Part shown: positions 1 through 12,470 of the stretch, piece after piece
Layout of the letters: each line of letters opens with the position of its first letter
Numbering within the stretch: the stretch's first letter is position 1
DNA from: the human T2T-CHM13v2.0 reference genome, Homo sapiens
DNA: 64,000 nt
NCBI RefSeq assembly: GCF_009914755.1
Contig: NC_060947.1
Reading direction: 5' to 3' (one strand)
The notes under the pieces: model-generated
Databases searched by the model: none
Told to the model about the DNA's origin: nothing
What the model saw: only the letters and a program-made list of their open reading frames with translations
Program-made: the position numbers and the translations under genes

Positions 1-347
1 TGTGGTTTCCATTTTCTCAGAATCAGTTTGCCTTGTTTTTTTATTATGAAATATTTTAGGTGCACAGAAACCTATAGGGAATAATATAGCATACATAACT
101 ATGCATCCACTCTGCAGCTTATCAAAGCTTAATATTGGACATTTGCTCCTTTTTAAAAGAGATAAAACCTAAGAGATGGATTTGAAGTCTGTGTATTAGT
201 CTCTGATTCTATTCCATCCTTCATTTTAAAAAATCAAACAAAAATCAACAATTACTGTGGTTTAGTATAAGTATGCCCATGTTTTCCCCCTTATTTTTAG
301 TACACATATATGTAGACAATGTGTGTGTGGGGATAGGTATGTGTATA

Positions 348-350
<3 letters not shown>

Positions 351-379
<29 letters not shown>
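351..379. repeat. (AC)n microsatellite
   Basis: About 14 perfect AC units, read directly. Confidence 0.95.
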
Positions 380-381
<2 letters not shown>

Positions 382-479
382 AATTAACCATTCTTGCGTG
401 GTAGGAAAAATCTCCATACCTTATTTCCTTGTTTAAAATCATTTTGACATTCTTTTATTATTATTATTATTACTATTAT

Positions 480-790
480 TGTTTTTTCTCTAGTCTTTCA
501 GATAGATTTTAGAATCAGCTTGCAAAGTTTCATCAAAAATCAGTTGGGATTTAGATGGAAAATACACCGCAATTACTGATTTACTTGGCAATAATTAGCA
601 TCATTAGCAACTGGAGTGTTTCTATTCATGAACATGACAGATTTCTATACATATTTGCATATCAATTTATGTCTTTTACTGAAGTTTTATAATTTATGCC
701 GCAAATATATTGAATCTTTTAAAGGTATTTATTCCTAAGTATATTATAGCGTTTGTTGCAATAGTCAATTGCTTCTTGTAAAAAACTACA
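480..790 (-). mobile_element. Ancient L1 (L1ME/L1M-type) ORF2 fragment, antisense
   Basis: T-rich sequence resembling antisense L1 ORF2 (ttttagaatcagcttg...ttgggatt...tattcatgaacatg). Appears to be part of one old minus-strand L1 broken up by insertions across about 0.5-14 kb. Confidence 0.6.
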
Positions 791-801
791 TTTTATAATA
801 A

Positions 802-1452
802 TATTGGGGCTCAGAACACAATACTCTAAAGTATAGCACCTTGGTATGCTGAAAACTTTGAACTGAAGGGGATTGGAAGGGCCTCAGAAGTAAGGTCTCT
901 CTAACCTTCTCCTCTCTGATCTTCTTCTGCCCTCCTGTCTCCTGATCCTTGTTTTTCTCCAAAGCTAGTCATAGTTATCAAAATTCCTCATCCCATGGCA
1001 GGTCATAGAAACTAGACCTCCTCTTCGCTAAAGCAAGCCCTAAAACCTAGAAGGTTACTCTCTTCCTTCTCCCTTAAAGACTCTAGTTCCAGAGACAGGG
1101 TTCTTGCCCCATACCTAGGAGGAACAAATTGTACACAGAGAGGCCAAGAAGAATCTCAACAGAGAAGCCTTGCTGGATCCGTTGCTCCTCTGTCTGTTAC
1201 CATTAGATCATACCCTTTGTCCAATCACATTTCTGCATGGCTGTCTATTATTCATTGAACCTAAGTATAAAAATAGACAGTATTCCCTGGGTTTTGGGGT
1301 CTTCAATTCTGAAGGCTCCTGCATCACATAAAACTTTGTTAAATAAATTTGTTATGCTTTTCTCTTATTATCCTGTCTTTTGTTACAGGAAGGTTGTCAG
1401 TGACCCTCGTGATGGGTAATAGAAAAGGCATTATACCTTTTTCACCCCTAAA
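802..1452 (+). mobile_element. Solo ERV1 LTR, MER39/MER34-group
   Basis: Starts t(a)ttggggctcagaacacaatactctaaagtat and ends ...tttttcacccctaaa. Has an internal AATAAA. No clean TSD. Confidence 0.7.
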
Positions 1453-1484
1453 ATTGTTTCTTAATGTTATTTAGGAATTCACTG

Positions 1485-3240
1485 ATTTTTATTTTTAACT
1501 AAACTTTATACTTTGAGAAGTTTTAGTTTTATAGAAAAGTTGTGACTATAATATGGAGTTCCCATATATCCCACACAGTTTTCCCAATGTTGACATCTTA
1601 CATTAGAATGGTACATTTGTTATAACTTGTGAAACTACATTGATATATTATTATTCACTAAAGTTCATACTTTATTCAAATCTCATTTACCTAATACCAT
1701 TTTTTTCCATTTGAGGATCCAATTCAAGATACCACATTATATTTAGTCATCATGTCTCCTTGGCCTCCACTTAGCTATGACAGCTTCTTATACTTTCCTT
1801 GTTTTTGGTGGCCTTGGTAGCTTTGAGAATTACTGGTCAGGTATTTTGTAGAATGTCTCTGAATTAGGAGACATTATGTGAAGTTTTTCTCATGATTAGA
1901 ATAGTGTTATGGGTTCTAGAAAGGAAGATCATAAAGGTAAAATGCCATTTACATTAAATAATATCAAGGGTATATACTATCAACCTCACTTATCACTGAT
2001 GATGATGATGATATTGAACACCTGGCCAAGGCAGTGTTAGGTTTCTGTACTCTAATATTACATCACCCCCTCCCCGTACTTTCCATATTCTATTCTTTGA
2101 AAGGACGTTTCTATATGCAGATCTTCACTTAAGAAAAGTTATATTCTACTTCCTTAAAGGTGGAGTAGAACATAAATTATTTGGAATTCTACATATTGTC
2201 TCCTCTCATTTATTTATCTAATTATTTACTTATATCAGTATGAACTCATAGACATTGATTTTATTATTCAGTATATAATGAACACCACTGTATTTTACTG
2301 TTCAAATTTTTCCAGTTTTAACCATTGGAAGCTTTCTCAGCTGGTTCTTGTGTTCATGGGATGTACCCCCAACATTTTGGAATTTTTTTTATCACTTCCT
2401 TACTTTCTGATACTACAAGGTGCTCTAAGCTCATATATTTCTTGAACCAGCACTTCCATGGAAAACAACTTCCACTCATTTTCAAAGTTACATAAGTCAA
2501 TAGTTGTTGTGAGGTTGTTTAATACATTTGGAATACAATAAGATTGTTTTGTCACATTCTGCATTCTATCCTGGTATCTCCTAGACCTCATACATAATTT
2601 TCAACATTTGTATACATTGAGGTTGACTCTGTTCTATAAAGCTTAATAAGTTTTGATAAATGCATATTGTCATGTGTTGACCATAACAGTATCATGCAGA
2701 ATAATTTTACTACCTTGAAAAATTCCCCATGCTCCTACTATACAACACCTTTCCACACCTTCCCTGAGCTGGCAACCACTGTTGTTTTTACTGTCTCTAT
2801 AATTTTGCGTTTCCCAGTATGTCATATAATTGGAATCATCCAGTTAATATCTTTTTCAGCTGGTTTCTTTCATGTAGCAATATTCATTTAAGATTCATGT
2901 ATGTCTTTTTATGGCTTGATGGCTCATCTCTTTTTATTAGTATGTAACATTTCGTTGTATAAATGTAAAACAGTATGTTTATCCATTCATCTACTGAAGG
3001 ACAACTTGCTTGCTTCTAGTTTTGGCGATTATGGATAAATCTGCTATAAACACTGACATTTTTGTGTGGACATGTTTTCAACTCATGATCATATGGCAAG
3101 GGTATGTTTAATTTTATAAGAAAGTGATAAACGGTTTTCTAAAGTGACTGTACCAATTTGGATTCCCATCAGCAATGAATGAGAGTTGTTGCTTCATATC
3201 TTTGTCAGCATTTGGTGTTATCGATGTGTTGGATTGTAAC
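1485..3240 (-). mobile_element. L1MC-type 3' UTR / 3' end, antisense
   Basis: Characteristic L1MC3/4 3'UTR text (gaggatccaattcaagataccacattatatttagtcatcatgtctcc; tactggtcaggtattttgtagaatgtc), followed by an antisense ORF2 C-terminus. Confidence 0.7.
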
Positions 3241-3259
3241 CGTTCTTTCTTTTTAAATT

Positions 3260-4440
3260 GATTTTGTGCACAGGAATTCTGTTTAACTCTTTTAATATTT
3301 GTGATAGTTTGCATTCCAATTTTTCTTTATTTCCTATATAAATAATTATATAACTGTATATAGACTGACAGTGGATGATGTTAGTTTTCTTTTTCCTTTT
3401 GGTCCTTATAAGTTTAATTTTTCTTTTATTATTGAACTTTCTAGTACTTCCATTTCAGTGGTAAATAGAAGTAGTGATAGTAAACATATTTTAAACTAAG
3501 GGTGTTTTTTAATGTTTAACAATTAGATATCATGTTTGTTGTGAGATCCTTATTGATACACTTTATTGGGTTAAAAAGTTTCCTTAATCTGTGGTTTGGT
3601 GAGTTATTTTAATCATGAAAAGATGTTTAATTTAATCAATTATTTGAATCTATTGGAACTGTAATATAATATTCTCCTTTAATCTGTTGATGTAGTAATT
3701 ACAGGTAGTTTATTTTCTAATGGTAAACTATTCTTGAATGTCCAGTAGAAATTCAGTTTAACCATAAACCACTTTTTAAATACACTGCTGATCAGCTAAT
3801 ATCTTATTTAGAACTATTATTGCATCTATGTTTATAAAAGTGCTTGGCCTTAAATGTGCTTTTCTCTTACTACCCTTGTTAGATTTTGATGTAAACGATA
3901 TATTGTCCTTACAAAAGTTTATTTGATGCTTTGCTATTTTGTCTATACTTCAAACTTTTGTAGAAGATTGATACTTTCTCTTATTTAAATATATAACACA
4001 CCTATTAATATGTCTGGTAATAGTGGAGAAATATTTCTGGGCAGATTTTTAATTTATTGATTCAGTTTCTCTAATGCTTACTTGAATAGTTGGAATTTGA
4101 AAAAAATTAAAACTATTTTTGAAATTTATATTTTCTAGGAAATGTCCATTCAATCTAAATTTTCAAATTTAGTAACATAAAGGTTTTCATAATTCTCTAT
4201 TATATGTAATCTGAAATCTATATATGCCTGTTCTTTTTATGTCTAGTATTTGTACACTAAATTTTGACAACACTTTGTCTATTTTATTATCTTTTCAAAG
4301 GATTAGCTTTTAGTTTTGTTAATTCTGTCGTCTCTTTTGTTTAATATTTTAAAAGTACCTGCAATATTTATCTTTATCTTTACTTTTACCAACTTTAGTT
4401 TCACTCTGTTGTTCTTTCTCTAACTTCTTGAGTTAGACAC
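3260..4440 (-). mobile_element. Ancient L1 ORF2 fragment, antisense
   Basis: Degenerate antisense L1 ORF2 motifs (ttctagtacttcc...aatagaagtagtgatag; tttctaggaaatgtccattcaatctaaattttcaaattt). Confidence 0.65.
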
Positions 4441-5635
4441 TGTAACAGAGAAAGCTAACTTTCCACCAAATATTTGAACTCTCATAGTGTGGACTTGCTG
4501 ACATGTCCAACTAAGGACAACATTAACCTGTGACTCATATGCATAGTTTCCTCCAGTGGAATGTCAGAAGAATCGATGAGTTTAACTTTTGGTCCAAGTA
4601 GGTTAATTATCAGATACAGGGTCCACTATACACTTTCCTTTTGTGTGCTTTCCAATAGCAATTTTCTGACACCAACTGGCTGTTCTACAATTCAATTTAA
4701 TTTTGACACTCAATAACCAGAGTTAGTGCAGATCACCCATGTTAAGGGGAAAGTCTTTCAACTCTGACACTAGCTACCCAGAGTTAGTGTAGATCCCACA
4801 CGTTAAGGGGTCCCACAAGACTGTTTCCACTTCAGACTCCAGGTGCACGTTCCAGGTTCCCAGGTTACCTGCACTTCTGTCTGACTTGGCTAAAAATTCA
4901 TTAGGTCCTACAACTCCCTTTCATGTTGTTTGATAATTTGCTAGAATGACTCACAGAACTCAGGAAAGTGCTACGTTTACAATTACTGGCTTATTATAAA
5001 GAATACAAACAAATGACTCAGTGAAGAGATCATAGGATGAGATACAGAAGAGTCCAGAACATAGGAGCTTCTGTTTCTGTGGAGTCTAGGTGTGTGCCCT
5101 CCCATTACATTGATATGTTCGCCAACGAGAAAACTCTTTGTGCCTCATTATTCAGAGTTTTCCTAGTCCCTCTCCCATACTCAAAGGTTGAGGGTGGAGC
5201 TGAAAGTTTCAGCCTTTTAATATCACATGGTTTTTTTTCCTCTGGCAGTCAGCTGCCATCCTGATGCCATCTAGTGCTCCCCAGCATGAGTCAGCTCATT
5301 AGCATTAACTTAGGTATAATCAAAAGGAACTTCTATGAATAACAATAGACCCTCTTATCCTTCAGGAAATTCCAAGGATTTTAGGAGTTCTATGTGAGGG
5401 ACCTAGGACAAAAATCAAATACATTTTTGGAATACCTTACTTTGTCTACAGGCTGAATGAACATTGAAATTACTATGTTAACATTTCAAGGTGATGAAAC
5501 CACAGGGTGGAATTAGCTGAGATCCAGAGTCATCTCCTTGAGGACAACTGTCTAAATTGATTATATGGTCATGTGAGTGAGAAATAAAAACTTAATTTTG
5601 TCAAGGAATTTTGATGTGAGCACTGTGACAGCACA
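4441..5635 (+). mobile_element. Old MaLR LTR (MLT1I/J-like), split by a MER21 insertion
   Basis: Pieces at about 4441-4630 and 5440-5635, with an MLT1-like 3' end (atgtgagtgagaaataaaaactt...tgtgacagca). Confidence 0.45.
4640..5435 (-). mobile_element. MER21 LTR (solo)
   Basis: Reverse-complement similarity to the MER21 LTR at 56.5-57.3 kb in this window (ttctgacaccaa, gagttagtgcaga, aggagcttctgtttctgtggag, ctcaggaaa). Confidence 0.8.
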
Positions 5636-5719
5636 TTATTTTTTCTGCCTTTTTTGTCTGTCTAAAAGGAAAAATTTTGACTAAATTGAAGAATCTAAAG
5701 ACAGAATTTGGGGTAAACA

Positions 5720-6251
5720 TGTAACCATAATAGGTTCATTGACTGATGCATGTGGCAAGTCAATACGCTGAGACACTGGGTTATAGCATAGAAAAAGATT
5801 TAACCATAGGGTCACAGAACAAGGAGATGGGAGGGAACCTCAAATCAATCTCCCCAAGGAGTTTGGGGCTAGGGCTCTTAAAGGTTTTGAAATGGGTGCA
5901 AATGTGGATATCGTTGATTGGTCAAGAGTGCAGGTGAAGTCACGGGACAGGGAGATGAAGAAACTATATTAATTATTCCAATTCTGTTCCTTTGTAAGAG
6001 TCTTCTAGCTGGTTGGCATCAGCTGTTTCACTGATATTTGGAATCTGAAAAATAATTTAAATTCTTAAACAAAAGTATTGTGATTCTAATGTCAGAAATC
6101 CTGTCTATAGGAACAATGTAGGTGCAAATATTCAGTATCTATCTAGTGACTTTTGGTTATAAGGAAGTAGATTAAAGTGCAGCCTGATTAATGCTTAATT
6201 GTAACTATACTTCTGTCCAGAATTATTGTTTACCCTGTGAGGATGGCTTCA
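5720..6251 (-). mobile_element. Solo ERV1-class LTR (MER4-group; MER83-like, family uncertain)
   Basis: TG...CA termini (tgtaacc...ggcttca). Flanks aaca/aatg fit a 4-bp TSD aacg after CpG decay. Confidence 0.7.
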
Positions 6252-6399
6252 AATGCAGCAAAAAGAAAGCAAGGAGGGAAACCCAAGAAAATGGAGAGCC
6301 ACAGAGGAAAAGGCCTACAGTTTGCATAAAATAAGCATTATAAATGTGTATGTTTCTAAAAACAGCCTCCAAATATACAAGGCACAATTGACAAAATTA

Positions 6400-6564
6400 T
6401 TAGTTGGTGTGTGGTGGCATGCACCTGTAGTCCCAGCTACTCAGGAGGCTGAGGCAGGAGGATCTCTTGAATCCAGGAATTTGAGGCTGTGGTGAGTCGA
6501 TTGTGCCAGTGCACTGTGGCCCAGGCAACAGAGCAAGACCCTATCCCCAGAGAAAAAAAAAAAA
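6400..6564 (+). mobile_element. FRAM / 5'-truncated AluJ right arm
   Basis: Right-arm Alu sequence with an A tail. TSD tgacaaaatta at 6389-6399 and 6565-6575. Confidence 0.85.
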
Positions 6565-6791
6565 TGACAAAATTAAAGGAGACATAGACAAATCTTCAAA
6601 CTTTGTTGGATATTTAAAAACCTCTCTTTAGTTGACATGAGTAGTCCAAAGGTGAATAAAGTCATGGAAGAACTAAAAACACTATAAACTATCTTGACCT
6701 AATTAATATTTATACATTACACTCTAAAACTGAAAGACACATTCTTTACAAGTATGTATGGCATGTTCCCCAATATAGACAATATGACTGG

Positions 6792-7244
6792 TGTCAGGCC
6801 TCCGAGCCCAAGCTAAGCCATCGCATCCCCGGTGACTTGCACGTATATGCCCAGATGGCCTGAAGTAACTGAAGAATCACAAAAGAAGTGAAAATGCCCT
6901 GCTCTGCCTTAACTGATGACATTCCACCACAAAAGAAGTGAAAATGGCCGGTCCTTGCCTTAACTGATGACATTGTCTTGTGAAATTCCTTCTCCTGGCT
7001 CATCCTGGCTCAAAAGCTCTCCTACTGAGCACCTTGTGACCCACCACTCCTGCCTGCCAGAGAACAACCTCCCTTTGACTGTAATTTTCCTTTACCTACC
7101 CAAATCTTATAAAACAGCCCCACCCCTATCTCCCTTCACTGACTCTCTTTTCGGACTCAGCCCGCCTGCACCCAGGTGAAATAAACAGCCACGTTGCTCA
7201 CACAAAGCCTGTTTGGTGGTCTTTTCACATGGACGCGAGTGAAA
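6792..7244 (+). mobile_element. HERV-H solo LTR (LTR7)
   Basis: Runs tgtcaggcctccgagcccaagctaagcc...ggacgcgagtgaaa. Perfect 5-bp TSD actgg (6787-6791, 7245-7249). U3 50-bp tandem repeat. Confidence 0.95.
7108..7185 (+). promoter_or_regulatory. LTR7 TATA box (7108-7114) and poly(A) signal (7180-7185)
   Basis: TATAAAA and AATAAA sit at the expected U3/R positions of LTR7. Activity is not demonstrable from sequence. Confidence 0.7.
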
Positions 7245-7565
7245 ACTGGCTATTAAGCAAGTTGTAATACATTTTTAAGGTTTGACACCATACAGAATGT
7301 AATGTAGTTTAACATGATGGAATTACATTAGAAATTTATAACAATATGAAATCCAGAAAATCTCAAATGTTTGAAAATTAACTGATATACCTCTAAGCAT
7401 TTCATGGGTCAAAGAATTGTTGTATATGTTCTTTCCATTTTAATTCAGTTATAAAGATTTCTAATATCTATTATCACATATTTTTGGGTCCTGGAGATGT
7501 TTAGAAGTAGTTTCTAAAACTTCCAAATAGGCAAGCTTAATTTTTTAGGTATCTTTTTGCCCTTG

Positions 7566-9887
7566 CGATATGGTTTGGCTGTGTGTCCCCACTCAAGTCT
7601 CATCTCAAATTGTAATCACCATAATCCCCATGTGTCGAGGGCGGGACCTGGTGGGAGGTGATTGCAGCATGTGGGCTGTTGCCCCCATGCTGTTCTTGTG
7701 ATAGTGAGTGAGTTCTCACTATCTCATCTGACGGTTTTTTAAGCCTCTGGCATTTCCTCTGCTCACACGTCTCTCTCCTGCTGCCATGTGAATAAGGTTC
7801 TTGCTTCCACTTTGCCTTCTGCATGATTGTAAGTTTCCTGAGGCTTCCCCAGCCATGCAGAACTGTGAGTCAATTAAACCTCTTTTCTTTATAAATTACC
7901 CAGTTTCAGGCAGTTATTTATAGCAGTGTGAGAAAGGACTAATACAGTTAATTGGTACAGAGTTAGTGGGGCACTGCTATAAAGATACTTGAAAATGTGG
8001 AAGCAACTTTGGAACTGTGTAACAAACAGTCAGAGGTTGAAACAGTTTGGAGAGCTCAGAAGAAGAGAGGAAGATGTGGGAAAGTTTGGAACTTCCCAGA
8101 AAGTTGTTGAATAGTTTTGACCAAAATGCTGATAGTAATGTGGACAATGAAGTCCAGGCTGAGGTGGTCTCACATGAAGATGAGGAACTTATTGGTAACT
8201 GGAGCAAAGGTCACACTTGCTATGCTTTAGCAAAGAGACTGGTGGCATTTTGCTCCTGCCCTAGAGATCTGTGGAACTTTGAACTTGAGAGAGATGATTT
8301 AGGATATCCGGTGGAAGAAGTTTCTAAGAAACAAAGCATTCAAAACCTGACCTGGATTATTCTGAAAACATTCAGTTTTATGCATTCACAAAGAGATGGT
8401 TTGAAATTGGAACTTACATTTAAAAGGGAAGTAGTGCATAAAACTGGAAAATTTGCAGCCTGACAATGCAATAGATAAGAAAAACCTGTTTTCTGGGGAG
8501 AAATTTAAGCCAGCTGCAGAAATTTGCATAAGTAACAAGGAGCCAAATGTTAATGGGGAAAATGTCTCCAGGGCACATCAAAAATCTTGATGGCAGCCCC
8601 TCCCATCACAGGCCCAGAGGCTTAGGAGGAAAAATGTTTTCCTGGGCCAGGCCCAGGGACCCTGCTGTTCTGTGCAGCCTCAGGACATGGCACTTGCATC
8701 TCAGCCACTTCAACACCAGTGGTGGCTAAAAGGGGCCAAGGTACAGCTCAGGCCATTGCTTCAGAGGGTGCAAGCCCCTAGCCTTGGTGGCTTCCATGTG
8801 GTGTTCAGCCTGCGGGTGCACAGAAGTCAAGAATTGAGGTTTGGGAATGTCTGCCTAGATTTCAAAGGATGTATGGACATGCCTGTATGTCCAGGCAGAA
8901 ATCTTCTACAGGGGCAGAGTCCTCATGGAGAATCTCTGCTAGTGCAGTGCAAAAGGGAAATATGAGGTTGGGGCCCCCACACAGAGTCCCTACTGGGGCA
9001 CTGCCTAGTGGAGCTGTGAGAGGAAGGCCACCATTCTCCAGACCATAGAATGGTAGATCCACCGACAGCTTGCACCCTTGCCTGGGAAAGCTGCAGGCAC
9101 TGCCAGCCCATGAAGGAGCTTCTTAAGGCCATGGGAGCCCACCCCTTGTGTCAGTGTTCCCTGAATGTGAAACACGGAGTCAAAGGGAATCATTTCAGAG
9201 CTTTAAGATTTAATGACTTCCTTGTTGGATTTTGGACTTGCATGGGGCCTATAGCCCCTTTGTTTTGACCAGTTTCTCCCATTTGGAATAGAATATTTAT
9301 CCAATGCCTCTACCTCCATTGTATCTTGGATATAACTAAGTAGCTTTTGATCTTACAGGCTTCTAGGTGAAAGAGACTTGCCTTGTCTCAGATGAGACTT
9401 TGGACTTGGACTTTGGGTTAATGCTGAAATGAGTTAAGACATTGGGGGGCTGTTGGGAAAGCATTATTGGTTTTGAAATGTATAAAGGACATGACATTTG
9501 GGAGGGACTGGGGCAGAGTGATATGCTTTGGCTCTCTGTCTCCATCAAAATCTCATCTCAAATTGTAATCACCATAATCCCCAAGTAAGTGTCAAGGGTG
9601 GGATGATTATATCATGGGGAAGGTTTCCCCCAGGCTGCTCTCATGACAGTGAATGAGTTCTCACAAGATTTGATGGTTTCATAAGGGTCTGGCATTTCCC
9701 CTGCTTGTACTTCTCTCACCTGCTGCCATGCAAAGAACGTTCTTGCTTCCCCTTCACCTTCTGCCATGATTGTAAGTTTCCTGAGGCCTCCCCAGCCATG
9801 CAGAACTGTGTCAATTGAACCTCTTTTCTTTATAAATTACCCAGTCTCCGGCACTTCTTTATAGAAGTGTGAGAATGGACTAATATA
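7566..9887 (+). mobile_element. Full-length THE1D-type MaLR provirus: LTR 7566-7946, internal 7947-9518, LTR 9519-9887
   Basis: Two similar LTRs flank THE1-int sequence. Perfect 5-bp TSD ccttg (7561-7565, 9888-9892). Confidence 0.93.
8047..8463 (+). pseudogene. Remnant of the MaLR (THE1-int) internal ORF
   Basis: Peptide MWESLELPR...NWSKGHTCYALAKRLVAFC..PRDLWNFELERDDLGY is typical of THE1/MST-int. It is fragmented by stops and frameshifts. Confidence 0.8.
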
Positions 9888-10294
9888 CCTTGGTTTATAA
9901 TTATATTCTATGGGGCACAGAGAGTATGGTCTGTATCATATACTACTTTATACTATATGGGATATGCTTTATACTATATTAGGATATGCTTTTGCATCCC
10001 ACACATGTTGAATTTTCACAAGTGTCCCCTATGTGCTTGAAAGAATGTGTCTTCATAAATTAAATTTGCCAAATTCTATGTACGGACAAGGAAATATTTT
10101 ATGTATGTTTTTCTAATATTCTATATGCTTACTAAATGTGTGTTAATGTTAACTTTTCTTTCAATGTGGTACATATATAAATTTCTCCTATCTTGTTAAC
10201 TTTTGCTTCATATTTTGGACTATACTATTGGATATGTATGAACTCAATGTTACTGTAGCTTCTAAAACTTTTATCTTTAATAATTCATAGTGTT

Positions 10295-11842
10295 CCAAGA
10301 ATACAAACACATAAATTAGGGAAAGGACACCCTCTTCAATAAATGGTGCTGAGAAAACTGGCAAGCCGCATATAGAAGAATGAAACTGGATCCTCATCTC
10401 TCACCTTATGCAACAATCAACTCAAGATGGATAAAAGGCTTGAATATAAGACCCGAAACCATAAAAATTATAGAAGTTAACATCAGAAAAGCTCTTCTGG
10501 ACACTGGGACACTGGCTTAGGCAAAGAATTCATGACTAAGACCCCAACAGCAAATGTAACAAAACAAAAATAAATAAATGGAACCTAATTAAACTATTAT
10601 AAAAAGCTTCTGCACAGCAAAAGGAAGAATCAGCAGAGTAAACAGACAACCCACAGAGTGGAAGGAAGTATTCACAAACTATGCATCTAACAAAAGACTG
10701 GTATCCAGTATCTACAAGGAACTCAAATCAGCAAGAAAAAGAACAATCCCATCAAAAAGTGGGCAAAGGACATGAATAGACAATTCTCTAAAGAAGATAT
10801 CGAAACAGCCAACAAATTTATGAAAAAATGCTCAATATCACTAATCATCAGGAAAATGCAAATTAAAATCACAATAAAATATCATCTTACTCCTCCAAGA
10901 ATGGCCATAATTAAAAAGTCAAAAAATAGATCTTGGCGTGGATGTGGTGAAAAGGGAACACTAGTAACTAAACTGGTAAACTAGTTTTACTAGTACAACC
11001 ACTGGGTTGTACTAGTTACTTCCAAGATACAATGGAGGTACAGGCCTTGGATAAATACTCTATTCCAAATGGGAGAAACTGTCCAAAGCAAAGGGGCTAC
11101 AGGCCCCATACAAGTCTGAAATCCAACAAGGAAGTCATTAAATATTAAAGCTCCAAAATGATTCCCTTTGACTCCATGTTTCACATTCAGGGAACACTGA
11201 TGCAAGGGGTGGGCTCTCATGGCCATGCAAAGTGGTTGTAAACCAGTACAACCACTATGGAAATGCCTTAAATAACTAAAAGCAGATCTACCATTTGATC
11301 CAGCAATCTGACTACTTGGTATCTACACAAAGGAAAAGAAGTCATTATATGAAAAAGAAAGACATATGCACACACATGTTTATAGCAGCACAATTTACAA
11401 TTGCAAAAACATGGAACCACCCTAAGTTAAGTGCCCACTGACCAATGAGTGGATAAAGAAAATGTGATATGTAGACACCATAGAATACTATTCAGCAATA
11501 TAAAGGAATGAAATAATGTCTTTGGAGGAACTTGGATGGAGCTGGAGGCCATTATTCTAAATGAAGTAACTCAGGAATGGAAAGCCAAATATCATATGTC
11601 TTCACTTAAGTGGTGGCTAAACTCTGAGGATGCAAAGGCATAAGAGTGATATAATAGACTTTGGGAACTTGATGGGGGAAGCTAGTAGTGGGGTGAGGGA
11701 AAGACTACAAATTGGGTACAGTGTACACTGCTCGGGTGATGGGTACACTAAGATCTCAGAAGTCTCCACTAAAGAACTCATTCATGTAACCAAAAACCAC
11801 CTGTATCCCCCAAAACTATTGAAATAAAATAATAACAATAAA
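10295..11842 (+). mobile_element. 5'-truncated L1PB1-type element containing a complex insertion at 10961-11262
   Basis: ORF2 3' end plus an L1PB 3'UTR (gggtacagtgtacactgctcgggtgatggg...) and A-rich tail. Diverged TSD taataattcatagtgt / taataatttacagtat. Confidence 0.85.
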
Positions 11843-12470
11843 TAATAATTTACAGTATGCCTAATGTAAATTCTAATAATGCCACCTCCTCTAAGGTTTA
11901 TTTATTTGGTCTGATATTAATACAGACACATCACTATATTATTTGTTTACTATTTACTGGGCTTATCTTTTACATTTCTTTCAATCTTGCTCTCACCTAT
12001 GTTTCAGGGTGTCTCTTACGGACAGCATTAAGCTAGATTCTTTTTAGACCGATCTGCCAATCTGTTAACTGGTGAATTAGGTCCATTTATATATGACTTG
12101 ATTACCGATAAATTTTTATTCAGTTCTATATCTTCCTATAGACCTCGTATTTTTTTTTTTTGCCTCTCTTTCCCTGCTCTCTCTTGTATTAATCATGTTC
12201 TTCCTCTTTCCTTGTGTTTCCTACTGATTTGGAAGTTATACATTCTGTTTCTGATAGTGATATCAAGGGCACTCAACTACCTCTAAGTTTCCTCCCCAAA
12301 ATAAAATATATGACAATAATCTCTCTCTTCTTACACGTTATTCTTAAATACTTTTTTCTCTACCTTATTTAATACCTACATATTTGTATCTATTATTTTT
12401 CAAATTATTGTTTTATATAGGGAATACTTATTTAGACATGTTTATGTGTGAAGTTTCTTATATGTCTTCC

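Larger units (their letters stand above)
6325..7418 (+). mobile_element. Old L1 ORF2 endonuclease-region fragment, hosting an Alu and LTR7
   Basis: Degenerate EN-domain text (aaaggagacatagacaaatc; cttgacctaattaatatttata; ggaattacattagaaat). Confidence 0.7.

Noticed and set aside
6870-6975. Direct repeats as a CRISPR-like or novel array
   Set aside because: This is the normal U3 tandem repeat of LTR7, in a eukaryotic context with no spacers or cas genes.
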